Assembly: GCA_963817915.1 (NCBI GenBank)
Contig: CAWFQL010000015.1
Coordinates: 1-31,151 of the forward strand
Length of the DNA: 31,151 nt
Reading direction: 5' to 3'
Source: an uncultured candidate division Zixibacteria bacterium
GTDB taxonomy: Bacteria; Zixibacteria; MSB-5A5; UBA10806
Shown one piece after another: positions 19,371-26,385 of the stretch (its first letter is position 1; each line of letters starts with the position of its first letter). The position numbers and the translations under genes are program-made. The notes under the pieces were generated by a model. It had not been told where the DNA came from. It searched no databases and saw nothing but the letters and a program-made list of their open reading frames with translations.

Positions 19371-20384
19371 TTATCCTATATTCTTATCTTCTATGTCAAG
19401 GTTTTCCCTTTTGAAATTAAATCTGCTGTCGGCCAATCCGATAATGGCAAAAACTATGAAACTCATCCAGATCGTAAACAGGATGAATAAATAGAATATT
19501 ATTTTGGCCAGCAGAGGAATTGAATACCGTTTCATGAATGATTCTATAACTGCCATCCCGACCACCGCGTAAACATGCCCGGTGACTATTATCAGATTCA
19601 CTCCGCCATAAAACCAGAAATCGTCGCGCATAAATACCATCAATGCCAAACCGACTGCAGTAGGTATCAGCCACCAATCGCTCGCCTGCCAAAGATAGAA
19701 TTGTCGGAAACGAGGTATCATTATTTGAAGCTTGGTGGAATATGCGCCCGCAATAGTTTGACAGATCAGCAGGAACCCAACTGCGCAAATAATCAAAAGA
19801 CCTGGAAGTATTTTGATAAATACCTCGAATATTTTGTCGGTCTCATTAAGGAATTGAGCGATCGCGTCGGCTGCATTTCCGTAACGGCTGTTTATTAGGG
19901 TTGATAACTGCGGGTTTTTGGTAATTTCGCTGCTGATAAAATCATTCACCTGTTTGGTGGTCGCCGGAAGATCATTGATAATCTGAAAATAGTAGAATGA
20001 GCCTAACACCAAAAGTATGACTATTGGAATCAAGCCCTTTAGCAAAACCTTCAGCGGCGTGTCCAGTCTTCGGGAGGCCCCGCCCATGATAAATCCCGGC
20101 GCTATTAGCAGCCCCGAGAACATGGCGGCGGTGATGACTCCTGTGCCTAGGCCATCTCCCGATCCACTCAATGGAATCGAATACCCGGTAGCAAATGCTG
20201 CCAGCAATCCACCCAATGACAACATGAATCCTCTGCGGAATCCCAAACGTGCTATAATCAAAATTAATCCAGTCATTCCGGCGAGAGATCCTAAAACATT
20301 AAATCCCGGCACAGTCCAAAACAGGCCTGCGACCGCGATGGCAAGTCCGCACCATAATGTTAATCTGGTCTCCTCCAATGGCAT
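19371..20384 (-). CDS. DUF2232/YybS-like membrane protein
   Basis: Multi-TM protein in the conserved position between rpsR and rplI; C-terminal GLADSRFNFK. Confidence 0.8.
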   Translation of the reverse strand: MPLEETRLTLWCGLAIAVAGLFWTVPGFNVLGSLAGMTGLILIIARLGFRRGFMLSLGGLLAAFATGYSIPLSGSGDGLGTGVITAAMFSGLLIAPGFIMGGASRRLDTPLKVLLKGLIPIVILLVLGSFYYFQIINDLPATTKQVNDFISSEITKNPQLSTLINSRYGNAADAIAQFLNETDKIFEVFIKILPGLLIICAVGFLLICQTIAGAYSTKLQIMIPRFRQFYLWQASDWWLIPTAVGLALMVFMRDDFWFYGGVNLIIVTGHVYAVVGMAVIESFMKRYSIPLLAKIIFYLFILFTIWMSFIVFAIIGLADSRFNFKRENLDIEDKNIG

Positions 20385-20402
20385 TCAGCTGATCTCTTCG
20401 CT

Positions 20403-20627
20403 TTACGAGTCGCTCTCGGAAACATACGGTAGCATGGCGAGCGTGCGGCCTCGTTTGACAGCCGTTGTAAGCATTCGCTGATGTTTGGCGCAATTGCCGG
20501 TAATTCTTCTGGGCACGATTTTGCCTCGTTCGGAAACAAATCTTCTCAGAAGCCTGTCATCTTTGTAATCGATAAAGTCGGCTTTGTTTTCGCAGAAACG
20601 GCAGACTTTTCTTCTTCTTCGTTCCAT
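20403..20627 (-). CDS. rpsR: 30S ribosomal protein S18 (Zn-binding C+ type)
   Basis: [29 protein letters not shown]. Confidence 0.98.
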   Translation of the reverse strand: MERRRRKVCRFCENKADFIDYKDDRLLRRFVSERGKIVPRRITGNCAKHQRMLTTAVKRGRTLAMLPYVSESDS

Positions 20628-20640
20628 AAACTAATATCTC

Positions 20641-21066
20641 CTATTTAAATTCATCATCTTCATGTTCGTGTTCGATAAAATCCTCGGAGGCATCTATCGC
20701 AAATCCTTCATCTGGCTTTTCGCTCTTATCGAGGAATTGGATATGATGGGCTCTAATTTCAATCATGCTTCTCTTACTGCCGTCATCGCTATCAAGATTC
20801 CGCGATCTCAACTCACCCTCGATATAGACGGCGCTGCCCTTTTTCAATTTGGCGGCGCATGATTCGGCGAGCTTTTGCCAGGCGACAACGCCAACATAGC
20901 AGACATCCTCGCGCCATTCTCCCGATCCGTCCTTAAACCGCCTGTTGGAGGCGATTCTAAAATTGATAACCGGCACGCCGGTTGTCGTGGAACGAAGCTC
21001 GGGATCCTTGGTCAGGTTGCCCACTATCAAAACGCGATTCAGATTTGGCAATCTCGTCAGCGACAT
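20641..21066 (-). CDS. ssb: Single-stranded DNA-binding protein
   Basis: LNRVLIVGNLTKDPELR...VAW..LAE...LKKGSAVYIEGELR; lies between rpsF and rpsR. Confidence 0.93.
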   Translation of the reverse strand: MSLTRLPNLNRVLIVGNLTKDPELRSTTTGVPVINFRIASNRRFKDGSGEWREDVCYVGVVAWQKLAESCAAKLKKGSAVYIEGELRSRNLDSDDGSKRSMIEIRAHHIQFLDKSEKPDEGFAIDASEDFIEHEHEDDEFK

Positions 21067-21069
21067 AGT

Positions 21070-21432
21070 TTAATCCTGTTTTGATGGAAATTCTTCGGCT
21101 TCGAGAATATCGTCATCGGGTATCTTGATCTCTTTGGGAGTAACTATCCCCGGCGATACAACTGTTAAATACCTTAGGATACCTTCGTTGATTCTCAGAT
21201 TTCTTTCAATTTCACTGCTGAGCCCGGGTTTGGCTTGATACAGGAAATGAACATAATGACCCTGATTGGCGCCCTTAATATGATAGGTCATCCGTCTAAC
21301 GCCCCAGCGTTCGATCTTTTCGATCTTGCCGCCGGCATTGACGATCTGCTTTTCGACCTTATCGACTTCGGCCTGTATAGTAGCTTCGTCTAGGGTTGTA
21401 CTAAAAATAATCGTGAGCTCGTAAAATCTCAT
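21070..21432 (-). CDS. rpsF: 30S ribosomal protein S6
   Basis: MRFYELTII, WGVRRMTYHIK...GHY, ILRYL. Confidence 0.97.
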   Translation of the reverse strand: MRFYELTIIFSTTLDEATIQAEVDKVEKQIVNAGGKIEKIERWGVRRMTYHIKGANQGHYVHFLYQAKPGLSSEIERNLRINEGILRYLTVVSPGIVTPKEIKIPDDDILEAEEFPSKQD

Positions 21433-21497
21433 TGGACCTCCCTGTGGACATTAATGACTCCGTTTTGCCCCACAATCAGCTTCCGGAGTAGGGAGAG
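21433..21497 (-). ncRNA. S6:S18 ribosomal protein leader (cis-regulatory RNA)
   Basis: Minus strand CTCCCT-ACTCCG...CGGAGT-cattaatgtCCAc-AGGGAGG: the outer stem sequesters the SD, there is an inner stem, and a CCR motif sits in the internal loop. Confidence 0.75.
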
Positions 21498-21521
21498 ACG
21501 CTTTGCGCCTCTTCTTCAGTT

Positions 21522-22110
21522 TTAATCGATGGCCCGATTGAATTGGGCCGCTGCCTTCGAATATCCCTCGGCCAGCCACATCAGTGCGGCTTCCGAAGCC
21601 CGGCCGATCATCTCTTTGATATCGGCCATTTGGTTTTCCGCAAACCGTTCCAACACAAAATCCTCCGCGGGGATTCCCTCGGGTACCGGCCCGATTCCCA
21701 TCCTGATTCGGGGGAAATTCTCCGAATTGAGATGGTAGATTATCGATGCCAGACCGTTGTGGCCGCCATCCGAACCGGATTCTCTGAGCCTGATTCTGCC
21801 CAATGGCAGATTGAAATCATCGGCGATTACTAAGATTTCCTCGGGCTTCAGATTTTCCGACATTACAAAATCGGCCACGGCTATCCCCGAACGGTTCATG
21901 TAGGTAGTCGGTTTTAAAAGAACAACTTTGACCGGGCCCGACTCGATATCGCAGCGGAAATAATCGCCTTTTCCCGCAAGCGAATTTCGATTTGCCCGTG
22001 AGCGACTCGACCACCTCGAATCCGAGATTATGCCGGGTTTGCTCGTATCGACGGCCCGGATTCCCCAAACCAACAATTACTTTAATTTGAGGCTCGAAAC
22101 CGTCAACCAT
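21522..22110 (-). CDS. pth: Peptidyl-tRNA hydrolase (+1 frameshift near 21978)
   Basis: [21 protein letters not shown] in one frame and [28 protein letters not shown] in the next; removing one base gives KSKFAAGKGDYF. Confidence 0.93.
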
Positions 22111-22120
22111 TTAATGCATC

Positions 22121-22148
22121 AAGATATATTTTGGCCAATTTTTGTCAA
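22121..22148 (-). promoter_or_regulatory. Putative sigma-70 promoter for pth and the downstream operon
   Basis: TTGACA-16 bp-TATCTT ending 10 bp before the pth ATG; no SD visible. Confidence 0.55.
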
Positions 22149-22192
22149 GTGAATAATGGAGGCCAATTTGGGGCGATTTACTCGTCCGGCAG

Positions 22193-22219
22193 GGAGGGCA
22201 GGAGTAGTGCACTCCTGCC
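22193..22219 (+). repeat. REP-like hairpin (GGAG variant)
   Basis: GGAG-GGCAGGAGT-AGTGC-ACTCCTGCC; same 9-bp stem and 5-nt loop ending GC as the 8077-8149 elements. Confidence 0.55.
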
Positions 22220-22255
22220 AGCCAAGCTTCATCCGATTCCACAAATTGATATTGT

Positions 22256-23617
22256 TTACCTTGCTGGCGGACAATCAGCGCATGGTATCGGCCCTGCTCC
22301 GCCCTTGAAATAGTTGACCATGTAGGTAACATCAAGACCATTAAATGAGCAGGAATTATTCACATCGCCGGAGACGAACCAACTATTCCCCGGCGGACAT
22401 TCACAGGTGTAAGGAGGCGGGCTGCCGATGCCTCTGAAATAATTGACGCTATAAGTAACATCGAGACCATTAAAGGCGCCGTTGTTATTGGCATCGCCAG
22501 GAATATAAGAGCAAGAGCCGCCGGTCGTCAGATTTATCAAAACCGAGACAAAATTTGAATTATAATTTCCCACGGCCAGATCTTTAACTCCATCCCCGTT
22601 AAGATCAGCAGCAAAGACAGAATAGGGATTGTTCCCCACGCCGTAAGTGTTCTCCGCCTGAAAAGTCCCATCGCCGTTGTTGCTCAGGGTGGAGACGCTA
22701 CTGGAACCCCAATTTGCTACGGCCAGGTCGTCGTCTCCATCACCGTCAAAATCAGCTGCTAAAACGGATTGCGGTCCGGTCCACACTCCGTAGTAGTAGA
22801 CCGCCGCCTGAAAGGTGCCATCGCCGTTGTTGCTCAGGATGGCGACGCTGCCGGAATTAATATTTGCCACAGCCAGGTCCTTATCCCCATCACCATCAAG
22901 ATCAGCCGCAATTACTGAATTGGGATAGCTCCCCACTCCATAATTGTTTGCCGCCTGAAATGTCCCATCGCCGTTATTCATCAGGATAGAGACGATGTCG
23001 TTTCCATTTGCCACAGCCAGATCGTTATCCCCATCACCGTCAAGATCGGTGGCATAAACAGACCTTGGATAACTTGCATCATAGTTTACTGCCGCCTGAA
23101 AAGTGCCATCGCCGTTGTTTCTCAATATGGAAACGTTGAAGGAAGCCCCATTTGCCACAGCCAGATCGTTATCCCCATCACCGTCAAGATCGGCGGCAAA
23201 AATCGACCTGGGATCGCTCCCCACTCCGTAGCTGACAGCAGCCTGATAAGTCCCATCACCATTGTTGCTCAGGATAGAGACGTTGTCGGAACCCCAGTTT
23301 GCCACGGCCAGGTCGCTATCCCCATCGCCGTCAAGATCGGCAGCAAAAATAGAAATAGGAGAGTCCCCTGCCCAGTAGTTGACCGCCATCTGAAAAGTAC
23401 CATCGCCGTTATTCCTCAGGATGGAGACTGTGCCGGATTCCCAATTTGCCGTGGCCAGGTCGTTATTCCCATCACCGTCGAGATCAGCGGCAAAGACAGC
23501 AACTGGATAGTTTAGCGTCCCGTGGTTGACCGCCGGCGCAAACCAGGGATCCTGGGCAAAGACATTAACAACTAAAAAAACGCCGAAAATTGATAGTAAA
23601 ATCGCAAATAATTTCAA
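22256..23617 (-). CDS. Secreted FG-GAP/VCBS 7-bladed beta-propeller protein with C-terminal dockerin-like domain
   Basis: Signal peptide; 7 repeats of ADLDGDGDxDLAVAN at about 49 aa spacing; tail with two GDxN...NGLDVTY.VNYF repeats; TTG 23617 after GGAGGT. Confidence 0.88.
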   Translation of the reverse strand: MKLFAILLSIFGVFLVVNVFAQDPWFAPAVNHGTLNYPVAVFAADLDGDGNNDLATANWESGTVSILRNNGDGTFQMAVNYWAGDSPISIFAADLDGDGDSDLAVANWGSDNVSILSNNGDGTYQAAVSYGVGSDPRSIFAADLDGDGDNDLAVANGASFNVSILRNNGDGTFQAAVNYDASYPRSVYATDLDGDGDNDLAVANGNDIVSILMNNGDGTFQAANNYGVGSYPNSVIAADLDGDGDKDLAVANINSGSVAILSNNGDGTFQAAVYYYGVWTGPQSVLAADFDGDGDDDLAVANWGSSSVSTLSNNGDGTFQAENTYGVGNNPYSVFAADLNGDGVKDLAVGNYNSNFVSVLINLTTGGSCSYIPGDANNNGAFNGLDVTYSVNYFRGIGSPPPYTCECPPGNSWFVSGDVNNSCSFNGLDVTYMVNYFKGGAGPIPCADCPPAR

Positions 23618-23653
23618 TTGGACCTCCAATGTCCAAAAATCTGACTCCGGATG

Positions 23654-23746
23654 GCTATTAAGTTTTCAAGTAATTTCAATGCTTAGACGCAATAAATTAA
23701 GAAGCGCCATGTTTAATATAACATCGCCTCGGAAAAATGCAATCAT
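23654..23746 (-). promoter_or_regulatory. Conserved upstream element, copy 1
   Basis: Aligns with 26243-26336 and 28849-28942; GACGCA-N11-AGCGCC at 23686-23708. Confidence 0.6.
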
Positions 23747-23803
23747 AAATATGTGCGGTCAGCTGCAGTCACCCGATCAAGGAGATTATCAGCAAAATAT
23801 TAT

Positions 23804-26206
23804 TTATCTTCCCGGCGGGCAATCCCCGCATGGTATCGGCGCCGCACCGCCTTTAAAATAGTTTACCATATAGGTAACATCGAGGCCGTTAAACGAACAG
23901 GAATTATTCACATCCCCCGCGACAAACCAACTATTCCCCGGGTGGCATTCGCAGGTGTAAGGCGGCGGATTGCCGGCGCCTCTGAAATAATTGACGCTAT
24001 AGGTAACGTCGAGGCCATTGAAGGCGCCGTTGCCGTTGGCGTCGCCAGGGATGTAATTGCAAATGGAGCCAAGTTTGGTCACAAAGGCATCGGTATAATC
24101 TGCAGGGCCCTGATATGTTTGATATGGATTTTGGGTGGGGAAATTGCCGGAACCAGTGTATCCCGTTATGTAGGCATTACCGTTTGCATCCACAGCGATA
24201 CCACGGGCAATTTCTACATTCTCGCCCCCCAGGTAAGTGCTATAAACCAGTGAATTACCACTTGCAGAAAGCTTAGTCACAAAGGCATCATCACTGGGCT
24301 GGTCCGTTTGAAATGGATCCAGGAGAGGGAAATCAGTAGATGAAGTCCATCCAGTAACATAGGCGTTACCGCTACCGTCTATCGCAATGCCAAAGCCTGC
24401 ATCAGCAACATTTCCCCCCAGGTACGTACTGTAGACAAGGGAATTGCCAGAGGGTGAAAGCTTGGTTGCAAAGGCATCACCGGCACTCGCGCCTCGAAGA
24501 GTCTGCTGATACGGATTCTGAGTGGGGAAGTTGATAGAAGTGGTCTGTCCTGTCACATAAGCATTGCCGGAACCGTCAACCGCGATGCTATAGCCGACAT
24601 CACTGCTGTTTCCTCCAAGGAAAGTGCTATATACAAGGGAATTGCCTGAGGGCGAAAGTTTGGCCACAAAAGCATCGATACCTCCTTGGTATGTCTGGTA
24701 GGGATTCAGGGTGGGGAAATTGGAGGAATAAGAATTCCCTGTCACATAAGCGCTACCGCTTCCGTCTAATGCGATGCCACGACCCTTATCTTCACTATCT
24801 CCTCCCAGGTAAGTGCTGTAGGCAAGGGAGCTACCGTCCGGGGAGAATTTCGAAACGAAAACATCTGCGCCACCATTATAAGATCCGTCATAGGAATTGA
24901 CCACAGGGAAATCTGCGGAAAGAGTATATCCGGTTACATAAGCGCTACCTGATCCGTCGACATCAATGCTATTGCCGCAGTCATAACTATTTCCACCAAG
25001 GTAGGTGCCATAAAGTATGAGTTGCCCGGCGACACGAAGCTTTACCACGAAACCGTCAGTGCCGCCATTATAACTATCATCATAAACGTTCGTCGTGGGG
25101 AAATCGGAAGAATTAGTCCATCCCGTTACATAAGCGGCCCCCGAACCGTTATCAGCAACGCTTAAGCCGATTTCTTGACCATTTCCGCCTAAGTATATGC
25201 TATACATCAAGGTGTTCCCAGTGCTGGAGAGTTTCGTCACAAAAGCATCCGACGAACCTGTTAGAGCGCCACCCAATCCAACTGTGGGGAAATTGGTAGA
25301 TGAAGTTGACCCAGTGACCCAAGCAGTAGTACCGTTGATGGCAATGCCACAGCCATAATCATAGTTATCTCCCCCCAGGTAGGTGCTGTAAACAAGCTCG
25401 GGGTCGATGATAAGGGGGAGATTAGGGTTGTAGTCTTCAACTTCAAAGCCGAAAACGCCGGGCTCAATGATGCGATACTGGCCGGCTATATTTCGTTTAC
25501 TTCCGTTTAATTCTTGGTAAACCGCAGGGATATTTTCGTATATCTGCCCAAAACGGGTATCAGCCTGCAGGTCGCCGTTGGATGTGATGGCAAGATTGTT
25601 CACGCCATCGTAGCGAATTTTTATTTGAGATATATCCGCTCCGGGGCTAACGATAAAATCATATTTCATGCCATGCCCGTTGCCATAGTATTTCAGGTCA
25701 ATGCCAGGATAGATATTTTTATAAGTGATAGAGGAGTAGTTGGGGATATCGGTGCGCCATTTGGATGGGTCATTCCCGATGATATAACCGCACTTATAAG
25801 ATGAGCGATCCTCGCCTATGATTTCAGCGTCGGGATTGGCGCCAACAAACTGCGCACTGAGAACCATCGATTCTTTTTTATAGCGTGGATGATTGAATTT
25901 ATCCGGCATGTTTGCGGACACGGCATGCCGTGTCCCTACGGAAATATCTTCAAGCTCATCTGTATCTCGCGCGAATTGATATACGACCTCACCTTTGCAG
26001 AACCAGAATGTAGCCCCTCCGGCTTCAGCCTTGAACAAGACTTTGCTATCCCATTGTCCCCGGTTCTCAGTGAATGAAAGGGGCATAGCAGAAAGATTGC
26101 TCATAACGAGCTGTTTCTGAGATTCGGTGTTCAATGTCGGTTGCGCATTAAGAAGAGATGCAGGCACGATCAAAACCAAGCCAAGAATCAAAAACAATTG
26201 CCGCAT
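23804..26206 (-). CDS. Secreted SBBP-repeat beta-propeller protein with C-terminal dockerin-like domain (paralogue A)
   Basis: Signal peptide MRQLFLILGLVLIV after GGAGGT; N-terminal FTENRGQW domain; 7 repeats LVYSTYLGG...IAVD..GNAYVTG.T.S..FP; dockerin-like tail. Confidence 0.9.
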   Translation of the reverse strand: MRQLFLILGLVLIVPASLLNAQPTLNTESQKQLVMSNLSAMPLSFTENRGQWDSKVLFKAEAGGATFWFCKGEVVYQFARDTDELEDISVGTRHAVSANMPDKFNHPRYKKESMVLSAQFVGANPDAEIIGEDRSSYKCGYIIGNDPSKWRTDIPNYSSITYKNIYPGIDLKYYGNGHGMKYDFIVSPGADISQIKIRYDGVNNLAITSNGDLQADTRFGQIYENIPAVYQELNGSKRNIAGQYRIIEPGVFGFEVEDYNPNLPLIIDPELVYSTYLGGDNYDYGCGIAINGTTAWVTGSTSSTNFPTVGLGGALTGSSDAFVTKLSSTGNTLMYSIYLGGNGQEIGLSVADNGSGAAYVTGWTNSSDFPTTNVYDDSYNGGTDGFVVKLRVAGQLILYGTYLGGNSYDCGNSIDVDGSGSAYVTGYTLSADFPVVNSYDGSYNGGADVFVSKFSPDGSSLAYSTYLGGDSEDKGRGIALDGSGSAYVTGNSYSSNFPTLNPYQTYQGGIDAFVAKLSPSGNSLVYSTFLGGNSSDVGYSIAVDGSGNAYVTGQTTSINFPTQNPYQQTLRGASAGDAFATKLSPSGNSLVYSTYLGGNVADAGFGIAIDGSGNAYVTGWTSSTDFPLLDPFQTDQPSDDAFVTKLSASGNSLVYSTYLGGENVEIARGIAVDANGNAYITGYTGSGNFPTQNPYQTYQGPADYTDAFVTKLGSICNYIPGDANGNGAFNGLDVTYSVNYFRGAGNPPPYTCECHPGNSWFVAGDVNNSCSFNGLDVTYMVNYFKGGAAPIPCGDCPPGR
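25916..25939 (-). repeat. Intragenic GTAG-REP-like palindrome
   Basis: GTAG + perfect 20-bp palindrome GGACACGGCATGCCGTGTCC, read in frame as VGTRHAVS. Confidence 0.75.
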
Positions 26207-26242
26207 AAAATACCTCCGAAAAAGGGGGTTAATCACATGATA

Positions 26243-26336
26243 GCTATTAAATTTTCAAATAATATATCACCTAAGGCGCAACAAAAATAGATGCGTCATG
26301 GTTAATTAAACACAATTCTGGATAAACGCAAACATA
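26243..26336 (-). promoter_or_regulatory. Conserved upstream element, copy 2
   Basis: GGCGCA-N11-TGCGTC at 26275-26297 plus flanking conserved blocks. Confidence 0.6.
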
Positions 26337-26385
26337 TTTTAAGGCAATCGGATGCCCATATCCGACACCATTCGGAGATTTTCGA

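Noticed and set aside
8950..21980. Programmed ribosomal frameshifting
   Set aside because: There is no shared slippery motif or stimulatory structure; unrelated genes show the same single-base duplication signature.
22540..23520. CRISPR-like periodic repeats
   Set aside because: The ~147-bp period is the FG-GAP protein repeat with codon-level variation; there are no cas genes.
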